From Lama guanicoe (Eukaryota): 64,000 bases of DNA. Under the pieces are notes generated by a model. That model was not told the origin of the DNA, made no database searches, and was given only the letters and a program-made list of their open reading frames with translations. Position numbers and translations under genes: made by a program. Shown in pieces: positions 12,583-26,875 of the stretch; the first letter of the stretch is position 1; each line of letters opens with the position of its first letter. The stretch lies in NCBI GenBank assembly GCA_013239625.1, contig MU054096.1, positions 141,085 to 205,084 on the forward strand, given 5' to 3'.

Positions 12583-13225
12583 ATACAGAAGCAGTCCTCA
12601 TGACGTATGCTTTAAACTCAACTGTAATTTGAACTTACAGTTTTTCGCCCTGTTCTTTTGAAATAAGTTTCCTTTTTCTATTTCATCTAAATTACTCATT
12701 GACCAAAGTTAAAAGCCATAGTTGAGACAGGTGAGTTATTTTTAAAGCCATGCCTTTATCTTTACCTACCCACGGGGAAGCACCGATCGTTCCCAGCGAC
12801 ATTCCGGAAAGTACTGACACCAAAAGACAGTAATTCTGGGATCACATTACAGCCAAGAAAAGGCTGAATCATTACTGCTGTAACATCATTCCCAGAATTC
12901 ATCTTTCTAGTGGTGACAGCTCCAGAACAAATGACTGTAATTCAAAAGGTACTGAAGTTTCACCATATCTACGGGTAGGTACAGATGAGAATACCGTGTT
13001 ATTCACATATTCTTTTGTCAGAATTTCTACAACTAGTAAGACATAACATCATCCAAGTGCGATGAGAGTGTTGCCTTTCTCACAATTTTTTCTCTCAAAT
13101 TAACATATTACAAGCATCACGTGCAGATATGTAAGCACCATCTATCAAAAAATTATTACAATGAATGTTAATAAAGCCACATTGCGAGCGTGATTCTGAA
13201 AATTCAGAGTTAATAACAGAATTAC

Positions 13226-13341
13226 CTTGCTGAAGTCAACAGTACTATTTTCTCTGCTTCCTCCACTTCCATTACCTTTCATTTCTCCACTTTTACTATT
13301 GTCCAAGTTCCCAGGGGCAGACTGCGGAGACGCCAAAAGAC
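13226..13341 (-). CDS. SLC4A7: SLC4A7 coding exon (116 nt): GLLASPQSAPGNLDNSKSGEMKGNGSGGSRENSTVDFSK
   Basis: Acceptor tgcag|GT, donor AAG|gtaatt, phase 1 to 0. Confidence 0.96.
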
Positions 13342-15331
13342 CTGCATTTAAGAACAAACAAATTCCAAACTAGTAAGGAGAAAATTCGCTCCGTAACCTG
13401 AATCTGCTCACATCCTGAAAGTGATGGTTTATTACAAGCAAATGTGTTAGGTTAAAAAAAAAAAAAGTGCCAAGTGTTAGTACCATTCCAGCAGGAGCAG
13501 AGTAACATTTTAAGCAGTAACGAAGCTCTGCACTTTAACATTGAAAATAATACAATCGGCATTTACAAAAATGGTGGCCTTTTGCAAAAAGAAAAAAAGT
13601 GAATAGGTGAGCAACCACAGAAGGTAGAAGACCTGGGTCTGATCACCGCTGTAAATACTCAGGGAGTCCACTCTCAGTGCATCTAACATACATAAGAACT
13701 GCAGGGCTTAACGGTGCCTAATTACACTTAGCACACGCAGAGCAGTAACAGCAGAAATTTTCTGTTAAACCCCAAAGGTAACTCAGCAAATTTAAGAGTC
13801 ACACCAACTAGATGTACACTAATTTTACTGGTATCTTCCATAATCTTAACCATTTCCTCAAAATTTTTCATTTCTCAAAAAAAATCTTTTTTTCATTTCT
13901 CTTGGGTACCACTTATGTGCTGCCTGTTGTCACTAGTCTTAAGAAACGTTAAAATAAAATAGCACTCTTTTTTTTCCACTCTTTTTACAATAGAAATACA
14001 GAGTAAGGATTTTATAAGCACCAGATCTACGTTAAAACAGGCACTCTGCCACTTTGTAGCCATGTGACCGTAAGTAACTCACTCAGCCTCTAAGACTCAG
14101 ACAAACTTATAAAATTAGCCTGTTTGGATTAGAAATGACAGATATATGTTCTATTAAATTAGCTTGTTTGGATGACAAACAGTAGATACATGTTCAAGCA
14201 CACGTAGACTCATTTCACGCAACATTCAGCAGCAACATTTTACAACAAGAAAATAACCTAAAAACACCCTGTAACATATGACCAGTTGTTACCACTACTA
14301 TGTATTTTGCAAAAAGTCCAGATCTCAAAAAGGTTAAAGGACATAACCCAGATTTCTACCATTAAATGTACCTATTTTTATCAAAACACCTAAGATTCTC
14401 TAGTTCAAGAATGCAGATTACTATTACCCAAAACACGGAGCATCACAGGAGAAAAGGCACTTGACAATTACAACAGACTTCACTTTCAGTTTTAACTCTG
14501 TTGCTCATGACAATCTAGTGACCCACAGAAATTCAGGTAAACTCTATTTGTTAGATCCTATAAACTTTAAAGCTAATACTGGTAATTAACTTCCAAAATT
14601 TTAAGCACATCTGATATACTCAACACATCCAATGGAGTTTCCATTTTAACAGAAAACAACACACACTAACTTATAACTGAAACTCAGGCATTTGAGTTTA
14701 CTGCTTAAACGTGAAAAAAGACCACCTTTGGGACACCCAGTTCTCTGTTAAACTCCCTCACTAGGATGTCACTGTGACCCAAAAGTCCCAGCCACCAGAT
14801 CTCTGGGAGAAGAGTGGGATGAGCAGAAGGCTCTGGGGCGAAGGCAGGACACAGGAGGAACGGGGAGAGAGGCGATGGGCGATTCAACACTGACAGAGCC
14901 GGCTTACCTGGTCACCTTGAACCTGCTACAGCTGGCATGCCAGGCACACCCTAGACTTTTCCACCATTGTCTTCTCTATGCAGTATGTCCTGATCTCAGC
15001 TAAGTTAAAGCTACTTCCTCAAAAGGTAAAGGAAGGCTTCCTGCTCCAACAGTAAATCCCTAGTGCTCAGAATTAAGTGAGTAAATTCCCCCAAATTAAA
15101 ACTCCCATCAGCACACATAACTCATATGGACTTTATTTCTTTGCATTAAGAAACAGAAAAAGCACGTATGAGTGTGTTTTATAAAATCAACGCTGGGATT
15201 TAAAAAAATCATACGCTGGTAAATCTGTTGTGTTGCCCACCTATTTTTCCCTCAAAGTTGCAAATGCACCTAGAGAAAGAGAAATCAAAGATAGTGGGAT
15301 TTTCTGTCATTAAAAGTTGGGAAGTAGTTGG

Positions 15332-15718
15332 AGCTGTGGTTCTCATCCGGGGAAGATTCTCCCCCCACCCCCAAGAAACACCTAGCAGTGTCGGCATCTT
15401 TGGGTTGTCATGCTGGGGAGTGTACTGGCAGCTGGGGGTGGGGAGGCTGCCACACATCCCCCCTAGGATGTCACTGTGACCCAAAAAGCTCAGAATAAAA
15501 AGCAGACCCAACTTACTCAGCCATGTGCTCATTCTCTGAAAGTATGAAACAATCCTGAAATAAAAACTATGTCCTAAAACAACTCACCTTTCACTGTTTT
15601 AGCCTCTTCTGTGACCTTTGTCCCTAAACTTCCCTAGTAGAGGGCACAGGACAGCCCCCCACTGCACAGAAGTGTCCAGCCCAAAATGCCAACAGTGCCA
15701 AGGGCGAGAGACACCGAG
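15332..15718 (-). mobile_element. MER20-like hAT element split by a ~180 bp insertion
   Basis: Left part gtggttctca...ggctgccacacatcc and right part gcacaggacagcccccc...ccagcccaaaatgccaacagtgccaagg are consecutive MER20 segments. Confidence 0.65.
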
Positions 15719-18045
15719 TCAGAAGACGGATACAAATGCTAAAAATGAGTTACTTCTTTTACATAATTATTCTCCAAAAAACAGCTAATGGGAAATACCA
15801 CTTTTTTTTAAACACAGGTGTTCACACATCATGACCCCATGACACAAAAATCTCTGACATCAGTCTCTCAAAAATGATGCTAGGTTATCTTCTACATCAG
15901 ACTTCAAGAAAACTCAACTCGAGTTTCCAGGAGCTTTAAGTACCAAAGGTAATTAAGCAGAGGCCAACAGACGGCTACCTCTGTTATTTTAATTACATTC
16001 CTTCTACAGACATCTTCTTAAACAGTAATTATGAGGTCTCTTGTCCCTGGAAATTCCCCCTCTTTCCTAGGCCCTAATTTCTTTTCTTCAGAAAGGCTGA
16101 TAAATCTCATGGCATACTTATGGCAGAGGGGGAAAAATTTTAATTGTGTTCCTCAGTTTTCAGTTAATTGCTCTTTTTAGCCTCTTAATAACATGACCTA
16201 ATGAACCATTGTGGGAGCTGTATGTCCCTTCCTTCCTGTATAAAATTTAGAGTCCTTATTATTAATAACACAGAAGCTGCTGAAACAAGAAATGGTCAGT
16301 ATTACTGACAGATCCAGTTAAACACAAATGCAAGGATGTAACTTTAAAGTCATTTTTGCTCAAGAAAAAAATAGTAAATCTTGCTGGTCCTTTTTAATTA
16401 AAATAAAAGTGTTCATTATTTCTGAGAAGTTATTTTTCTAGGTATTTTTTTCTCCTTTTTTGTTCAGTTACCTTATTATTATTCTATATCTTTTCCACGA
16501 ATTATTAAAATTTAGAATGAAATTCTATACTATAGATTGTGTCATAGGCAGATCCGAGTTCAATTCCTTGCCTGGGTCCTTTATGATATGACCTTAACAC
16601 CTCTAAGTCTTAATTGTCTTCATTTTACAAACAATAACATGCGTTCATCAAACTGTTAGACAAATCAGAAATACGATATTTGAAAAGTACTATCACTGTG
16701 TGTATAACAAACTATGAATCAATGGTTACTATTAGTACTGTTACAATTAATGTTACAATGATTGAACCACAAAATTTTTTACTTCTAAAAGTATCGTCTT
16801 TCTTGGCAACTACAGTGAACTTTGATTAAATGTATTTGGTATGTCTGGATAAAGCTAATAAAGAGAAGGTCATACAGTGGTAGGAACAAGAGGATTTTTA
16901 GCCAGAGAACCTGGGCTGTCCCTTAGTAGCTGGAAAATCCAGGGGAAGCTACTTAACGTCTCTGAGTCTGTTTCTGAAAAATGGGTCTATCCACCTAACT
17001 TGCACAAAACTTTATACACACGAAATTGGCTAATCTCGTAACGATGAGCTACTACTGAAGTGTGGTATACAATCAGTGTCATACAGAAATGTGATAATAC
17101 TAATGTGATTAAAGCCACTACTTAGTATTCCTATGTCACACTGATGCCTAGCTGTCGTTAAAAGTCACTTAAAAAAAAAGCTACCTAAAAAGCTGTCAGT
17201 AAAACACAGTCTCTTTATATGAACTGAATAGAAAGATGCATACGTATAAATGTACATATTATTAATAACAGGAAGAACCAAAGTTATCATCATAAACAGT
17301 AATCCTTAAATGAGTTACAAACCTCTAAGAAATAATTTTTCTAAGTCACGTACAAAATATACCCTAGCCACAACTACAGGAACTCTAGTCCTGAAAATTT
17401 CAAGGTGGATCTGGATTAAAGATTGGCATGAAACAAAGGCCAACTAAAGCCTATTCCAAAACATGGTACTACTCTTAAAATGACGGTGACCCCAGGCAGT
17501 CACTAGAGAGCCTCAAACTTCTTGGAGACCAGATGAGAAAACAAACACTCAATCCAACTTCCGTTAGGAAGGTCAGAACATAACTGCACTCTTTGGACAA
17601 AAGCACCGACGAGCAGACGAGAGGCGCATCCCCTCTATGATGTACGTCCAGCGCGTTCGTTCGCCTTGTGAAGGAACTGCACGAGAAAAGCCACCATTTT
17701 TAAAATCATGGCCAATTAAAAGGTTACTTATAAAAACGTCGACGTTTTTCGGAACCACTCAAACACGGTGACCTGTAAAATCTGTGGCAATTTTTGAAAG
17801 GGCTTAAGTGACGGGTAGTCTTCTTTGTAGTCTTTTTAAAACTTAACATTTTTCATAATGCTCTCTTTCTCTATAATATACCATCAAGAAAAAACAAACA
17901 AACAAACAAAAAAACCCATGCAGAAGTCACGATAAATTAAAAGCATTCTCTACGTATGCTGCCAAAGCTCTGTGCTGACGGGCATTCCGAGTGCAAGTGA
18001 CCCAAAGGCAGAAAGCACCACACGGGGAGGATCTGGAATAGTTGC

Positions 18046-18414
18046 CTGAAGTCATGTCAGCATTTTCCTCATCCTTCTGCTCCTGGCCTCTCAGTGCTTC
18101 TAAGTCTTCCTCGGGCGGGTGGATGACTACGGTGGGGACCCCGGCAGCGGCAGGGGACACCAGCAGCGCTGGGCCCTGCAGCTGACTGTGCTGGCAGCTC
18201 CTGGAGTCCAGGCGGCTGGCGCTGGGGCTGGACGGAGGGCTGCTCTGAGGGGTGGGTACGGGGCTCGCGCACCTCGAGCCCGCGGGGCTTCCAGCTCGCG
18301 AAGGAGGAAGAAGATGACTGAGAAGAAGAGACAAAGGCGAGTCTCCTCGCAGGGAGAGGCTGGAGGCCGACAGACCTGTTCGCAAAGAGTGGCGGGAGGC
18401 CGAGAGGCCTTCCC
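18046..18414 (-). CDS. SLC4A7: SLC4A7 optional cassette II exon (369 nt, 123 aa), Ser/Pro-rich, with the PTVVIH calcineurin-docking motif
   Basis: Acceptor tctcag|GG; translation GEGLSASRHSLRTG...PTVVIHPPEEDLE...ENADMTS. The 3' end is placed by homology and phase 1, at a CAG|gcaact (GC) donor. Confidence 0.88.
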
Positions 18415-20900
18415 CTGAGATAAAACAGACAAATGGGAAAGGGTGAAATTCACTGCGGGAGGCAAATGAGACACAGAAACGGCAACTCACACTGTCAACT
18501 GCAAGCTGTGGAAAAGGTCCAGAATTTCAGATCCATGCTGTCAGGGTTAGTACAGCACACAGGTTTTTAAATATTAGGAGGTCATTAAAAACTGCTTATA
18601 CTGTAATGAGTTCTCCGGAGGTAAACCCAAAAATCCAAACAAAAAATAAAAAGCAACGTTAATGACAGTCGGTGGCGGGGACAATATTCTGTTAGTCATG
18701 AGAACGCCTAACAGTGTGGATTTAAAATCAAGAACAGTATCAAAGAAAAGACGCTGCTTAAATAAAGGACAGAGCAAATAAGGACACAAAAATAATCCAA
18801 GAAAGAGAAGCCCACACAGAACTTACCGGCACTGACAGCTTATACACAGTGCATCTTTTCTACACTGAAGCGCTACAGATTCTCTCACAAGAAAAGGCCA
18901 CGTTAATGGTATCTAATAATTCCTAACTTAAGATTGAGAGCAAATCTTTATAACGTTAATAACAGGGCAACGCCTTCTGACAGCATTCTCAAGTAAAATT
19001 TCAAAACATAAGACGAGTTACAGGAAATTTTTTTCAAAAGAGGAGCATAATAATGTCAATCTTAAAGGATATGTATTCTTGAGCTCAGTATCCAACAATA
19101 TTAATAAATGTCCTAAAATATGCTTCCATTTCTAATATAGCAGACAAATTAAAACAAATATATACAACCTTTAATTTAACTAGCTAAGAATAAAGTATTT
19201 CTTACCAACAGCAGCAACACGGAAACAAGTTTAGAGAATTTCAAAAGGTAGTGTGGACTACACGTCCAACACCTGGTTATTCCAATGAAGAGTAGCTTAA
19301 TGGAATAACATTGTTTTCTTAGCAAAAGCCTGAGAAATGTAACAATTTCATATGATCTGCGTCTCTAAGTAATCAAAGTGCCGTGCTCAAGAGATCCCAG
19401 AAATACTACAAATAAAGATTAACCTTTAATCCATAAACCACCACTAAAAAAATTGCTACCTCACAATAAGAATAATCAAAAATAACAGAATGTCCATGCG
19501 AAAACGGCAAGTGAAAGGACACAGCCATCGTCCTATGATTTAAAGGAACCAAATGACAGCTGGAGAATAATCCGGAAGTACTGCACATGGGGAATAAAGA
19601 TTTCACACAGTCTCTGGGTAAACGAATCCATTTCACCAAAGTAGAGCATACACAATACATGGAAAGATGAAAAAAAGATGTAAAATGTGACATAGATGAT
19701 TTGCTTTTAAACTGAATTTAGATCCATAAGAGATTTCTTTTACTCTTAAGGTTTCTTAAATATACAAGGGCACAATTTTAGACAGATTGAAAAGAGCTGC
19801 CATGGTCAAATGCGCAGAAGAAAACAGACTTAAGTATCAGACACAAAAGGTGCAAAAGGTGACTACCGCCAACTTCAAGTATGTTAAATCCTGTCACCTC
19901 TGACCGTTCGCGTGAAGAACATTTACAAGCCACACTGTGATTTTAGACACAGAAAAGCTGAGCAGAGGCCTTGCGGCCCAGCCTCCATTCCTGTTCACTG
20001 TGATTCTCCTAAGCCTTGGGGAATGGGGGCCCCTAGAAGCAACAGGGAGCCTCAGAACCAATCCAGTCCTTTGCCCCTGGATTTTTCAGAGTCACTGTCG
20101 TCAGAGCTATCTTTGAGATTCAAATAGAACCCCAGTGACAGTGTGGCCAGCCTTAAGACAGGGAGAGAGGTAAACAGCTACAAAAACGGTCTCCCTGCGT
20201 CCCGCCGGACCCACGGCCAGACCATGAGTGAGCAGAGAGCTGCCGTGCATGGGGCTGTGCCATTCTCAATGGCTTGATGACATTAACCAGGGCACCCCTG
20301 GCATAAAATAGGAACAAGCATAAAAACCTGTCACACAAATTAGATAAATAACAAGCAGTGAAATCAGCAAACCAACCCCAAAATACTTGTTTATATCTGG
20401 CAAATAAAATACACTCAGGAGAGAAAAAAAGTCGCTAAGAAAAATCTAATAAAGATATTAAAGGTCCAAACACAAGATTGAGAATTTTTAAAAGATTAAA
20501 CTAAACTTACAGATACTAATTTATGGTTCTTTTATCAATTACACAAAAATTCCTGAATGGAAACAAAAAAGCAAAAAGGCGAGTAATTTGGGGTTAGGTA
20601 GAGTGAAGTGTTCAAATATCACCAATACCTCACTGTCTCATTTTAACAGAGTAAACGCTTAATTTTTTCATCTACATAATTTCTACAGATAATTCTGTCA
20701 TATTGTAAAGAAAGACATTTTAGAAATGAAATCTTTAAATGCACGAGTATCATTTTTTTAAAGAATTAAAAAAGATAAAAGGACCTATGTAATTATCTAA
20801 AAAAAAAGACCTTTCTTTCCCCAAATACTAATTGTAACACACTGGAAATGCTGTTAGAGCAGAAGCGTTAGAAAAAACTGGACGCCACAACTTATCTCAC

Positions 20901-21089
20901 CATTCCTTTCAAGCAAGTGAGGGTCAGAATGTTTCTTGCCTATGTCTGCAAAAGATCGAACAAGGGGAATCCGACTAGTGAATCTTTTCTCGTTCTGATG
21001 GTGATGTCTCTTCAGAAGGGCTTCTCTGACATTCTCTCTTATGGATTCATCCAGCTGGCCCGAGGCGATCATGTTGTCCAATACCATAT
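20901..21089 (-). CDS. SLC4A7: SLC4A7 coding exon (189 nt): DMVLDNMIASGQLDESIRENVREALLKRHHHQNEKRFTSRIPLVRSFADIGKKHSDPHLLERN; last 39 nt (20901-20939) are optional cassette I
   Basis: Acceptor cctag|AT, donor G|gtgaga, phase 1 to 1. An internal same-phase TAG|gcaaga site lies 39 nt upstream of the donor. Confidence 0.96.
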
Positions 21090-23201
21090 CTAGGCGAAGA
21101 AAAACAAACAGATAGCAATCATTCTTATTAAATAAACCAACACTTGGATGACTATAACATAGAATAAACTCTAACTGAAATCTTACCAGAAAAAATAAGA
21201 GCCTTAAAGAGCTCTAGAAAGTAGCATTCTTTTCTAATACTGAAAATACTGTGTGCATAACGATACAGATGAGCGTTAGCCAATGAAAATGAACATATCA
21301 TATAGAGACCCTTATTTGAATAAAATGATTATTTGTAAAAACAATTATTATTTATAATGATCATTCATAAAATGAGTATTTATAAGTGACTATTTATAAA
21401 ATGATTATTTATAATAAATGATTACATATACATCAATAGTCTTCCTATACAGTTGAAAGTGCTTTACTGATCTGGATACAATAAATTCTATTAAACTGGA
21501 TATTCAACAATATTGGCTTCCTAAGAAGTGAAGGGATTTTATTGCTTCACCTCGTATTTTTCCCCAGAACCATAGATAAATATCTGTACCCATTCATTCA
21601 ATCGTTGATCATTTACTGAGTATCTATTATGTGTTGAGAGCACAGCAATTAACTAAGCAGATCAGGTTTCTGCTCTCATTCTTCCAGAGGAAGAAAAACC
21701 AGTGAGTAAACTGAATAGATAAAAAATGAAGTGCCACGTTTTAGGAAGATGAATATATCTGCTGTGAGGGAGGTGTGGGAAGCAGGGGGATGGATGGCAA
21801 TGACATTTTATACATTATTGTGGTGACTGGACTATTTGTAATTTATAAAGTATACATCAGTAGTTTTTAAAAGTGCCACTACCTCGAGATAAAAGACCCA
21901 AGCTTTCAAATCTGTAAGATTACTCTAAGAGAAAACCCTGGAAGGGTTCAACCTAGCAGGTAAACTGTGTTATTCACACAATGACCACAGGCTCCCAGAC
22001 AAGTGAGCAAGTGGATTACACATTTACTAAAATATTATATTGTGTTATGTGATACTTGGAAAGTCAAAGTGAGACCCAACTGTCTAAAGTCAATATTCCT
22101 AATCCTAACCCACCTTTTCAGTCACTCATATAAGACAAGAAAGTAAGGACTTTGATAACTTAACGATTTGCAGCCCACGGTCAAATTTAACTACCTGGTA
22201 ATATGAAATGTTTCCAGCCTGAGAAATTCTAATAAATTTCTGCTTATCTTGAAGATCAAATATGATAGCTTTTTGTTGTTCTATTGGGCGAGCTATCAAA
22301 TTTATTACTACTGAACTTGATTTTGGATTTGAGCAATTTCGGTTAATGGCCAAATAGCTTTATGCCAAATGTCTTTTCAACTTTCCACACTTACAGTATC
22401 CTTCAACTTTTCTTTCTCCTTCACTTCCACTGCTACGACCTACCACAGCTCAGGTCACCACCATCTCTTGCTCAGCCTACTCCAAGAGAATAAATGACCT
22501 TGGTTCTAAGCTCTCCCTGATCCAAAGCCACCCTGCCTACTCTTGCCAGAACCATCGTCCTGACACACATCTATGTCACACGACGCTCTGACGCCAGAAT
22601 CACTGAGAGCCAAAATGCCTGCCAAATAAAATCTAATTTCTCAAGCCAGTAATTCAAGGCTAATCACAATCCATCTCCAATTAATTTTCCCAGCATAGCT
22701 CAAGAAATCGGTATACTCACAGAGAACTGACTTTTCTGAGATTCGTACCTGTCTATACTTTCTAGACTTTTCTTCCTTCTCTTCCTCCTCCTTCCTCCTC
22801 CTTGCACCACCTGCTCTTTGTCCCCACGTGTTCAAATTCTGTGGATAAGTGTATACTTAATGTACTCTGCAGACAGTCTTTCCCAGACACCGTGGTCCAG
22901 AAAACGAAGAAACAAAAAGCTCTTTCCTCTGCATTTCCAGGGAGCAGACTCTGTACAGGTTTATGACACTAATCACTTTCTTTGTGATACTGTAGTTATG
23001 TCTAATTTAACCTTTTAGACTCCAGACTTACCAAAGAGAAAAAGTGTAACTTACATGGCTACTCCTCATACTGCCCTGCACAGAATGGATGTTCAGCCTC
23101 AAACTGTTAACTCAACGGTCTAAAATTCCACTTTATTTTCCCTACTGAAGTATCTCTAATTTCAATACAATTTAAATGTAAAAAAGCCAGTTTGCTCTAA
23201 C

Positions 23202-23362
23202 CTGCGATTTCATCTAGAGTGCTTGCTCTCATATCCAGCATGACTGTTCCATTTAGGATGCAGCTTCTCAGTTCAAAGAGGCTGTGCAAAGACAGGGTCG
23301 CCACGTAAGGCTTACTCCACCGGTCCCCACCATCTTCAACGTCCTCTTCAAATTTCAGCCAT
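23202..23362 (-). CDS. SLC4A7: SLC4A7 coding exon (161 nt): [53 protein letters not shown]
   Basis: Acceptor ttcag|A, donor CAG|gttaga, phase 2 to 1; completes the SLC4 ETARWLKFEE motif across the junction. Confidence 0.97.
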
Positions 23363-23877
23363 CTGAAATGTGTAATACAAAAAAATACTGTCTAAGTAAT
23401 AATGATGATTCCGTTTGTTTATTTTAATAGGATGAACACACGCTTGTTCTTTTAAAAAGAAACAAAGATCACCACCACCAAAACAAAATTTTGCTGCAAA
23501 CACATTGTTGCAAATTAGGCTAATGGTCCATAATGTCGAGAGTCAGAAGGGACCTTTGTAGTTCCTCTTTCTGTTCGAGCGGTCACAATCACAAGCCTAC
23601 AAAAGCAAATGCTGCAATTCCGTAATTTCTACTTCCAATCTCCTTCAAAGTTGAAATAAGCATTGTTGATTTTTCAAATTTGTGCTATACTAAAGGATTA
23701 AGGATGATTTCAGGAAACAAACTTTTGAGAATATAGAGAAAAAAGGGAACATACAATTTCTAGACACAAGGAAATTCTCACTGTTTTGAAGGACTAGGTA
23801 TCTCACAATTTCAATTTTATATTCTCATCACAAGAACAGACCAAGTAAAGGCAATTAAAAGCTGACAGCGGTATTAC

Positions 23878-24016
23878 CGAGCAGTTTCCTTCCACTCGTA
23901 CTCCTCTCCGTCTCTGTAGCACAGCTCATCCATCTCCGTGAACAGGTCATGTGGGATATGCTCTTCATCGTCATCCTCAGTACCCAGGATGAACTGGACT
24001 CTCTGGGAGGGTGTGT
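23878..24016 (-). CDS. SLC4A7: SLC4A7 coding exon (139 nt): [47 protein letters not shown]
   Basis: Acceptor gtcaag|AC, donor CG|gtaata, phase 1 to 2. Confidence 0.97.
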
Positions 24017-24136
24017 CTTGACAAAAATCAGAATTTAAACGCACTCAAAATTTTCCTTGGTTAATACAGAGGTAAATTCACAATTGCAAAAGCGAAACGC
24101 TTTCGTTATAAATAAATATATCCCATCAAAACTCAC

Positions 24137-25298
<1,162 letters not shown>

Positions 25299-26875
25299 AA
25301 AACTCATTTAATTATTACTAAAATACCGTAATTCTGGAAGGAAATGAGAACCAACAACCCAGAACAAAAGAATTTCACAGAAAGATCACCCCCAAAGACA
25401 AGAAAAAATATATATATAAAGATAAGTCACACTAATCTTTAACTAATGTAAAAACAAACAAAAGTAAGCAATAGCCAAAAACAAGGAACATCATATATGA
25501 CAGGACTAAAAATAGATGGAAATGTTAAATAATGAACATTATAAAATATGTAATTAATACATAGTTAAGTTTAAGAGTAAAAAAAGAACCCCAAGTTTCA
25601 AAAAGTAAAAGAGGAGATTCAAAGTTAACTTTTCCTACTATTATGCAGAAGCAGAAGTCTGTCAGCTGAGGTCAGGGAGGTAGGTCAGGTCACTGCCACT
25701 CCTGACATCTGAGTTTAAATGATCTGTGCGGTACAAGTCCCCAGACAGAGAAATGAGCACACATTCTAGTCCAGAACAGGTGAAAACCCTAAGGCTCAGC
25801 ACAAGCACATATGCAAACAACTACACGCATCAACTGAAAACACAACCATATTCTTCCAAATATGAGAGAGGAGGCCAAGCTCAAAACTTATACCTAAGTA
25901 AACAAACCTCCAGGAACTTAAGAGCTGCAAAAGGGATATTAAAACCAGTTAAAAAGTAGATTAGAAAGAATTGTTACAGGAAAAAGATCTGAGGAGGCAG
26001 TTACATAGAATTCATCCACGACACTTAAGAAGACACAAACCAGAAGTCACAAGGTTAAGAGAGAGAGAAAATAGAATAAGAAAGTCGAACAGGAAAAACT
26101 CCAGAGAGAGAAAAATACAAAGAACAGGGGAAGAAGCAACACGAAAAACATAACTGAAAAGTGCTGAGTATGTACATGACATGGGTCATCACAGTGAAGG
26201 AATGAATGCCCCGACACTCATGCAGACCAGCAAAACCACAGGGTGACAGACTTCCTAATAGTCTGATCCTTTTCAACATGTAGGTCTTGCACATCTTTTG
26301 TGATATTTATCCCTGAGTAATATTTCTGGTGCTGTGCTCTATTTTTATTTCAATTTCTGACTGTTCATTGCTACTACATAGAAACACAGTTGATTGTGTA
26401 CATTGATTCCGTGTCTGGCAATCTAGCTGAACTCACTCAGTTCTATAGTTTTGTGGACTGCTTAGGATTTGCTATATATATGATTCTGTAACTGTGATTA
26501 AAGGCAGTTTTCTTCCTTTGCCACTTGGGCGCCTTTTATTTCTTTCTTGCCTTATTACATTGGCTACGTGTGCAAGTACCATTCTGTAAAGAAATGGAGA
26601 GAGAGGACATCCTTGCCTTTTTCCAAAGCATAGGGAGAAAACATTCAGTCTCTCACCAGCATCTCCAGATGCTCTGTCTCACACTGAGGAAGTTTCCTAA
26701 CATTCCTAGTTTGCTAGGAGAGTTTTAACATGAAGGGGGGGGTGGAATTTGGTCAGACTTTCTCTGTCCTATTGAGATAACTATATGGGTTCTTCTCCTT
26801 TATACTATTAATATCTTTATTTACCCTGATAGATGTTTAGATTTTAAGCCAATCCTGCATTTCTAGTTGTTCATC

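Noticed and set aside
13226..13275. Internal AAG|GTAATG donor within the GLLASP exon
   Set aside because: Its use would remove 50 nt and frameshift; no further support from the sequence.
20854..20900. Read-through tail EISCGVQFFLTLL-stop after the cassette I exon
   Set aside because: Short open frames after donors are expected by chance; the donor is canonical and I saw no nearby poly(A) signal.
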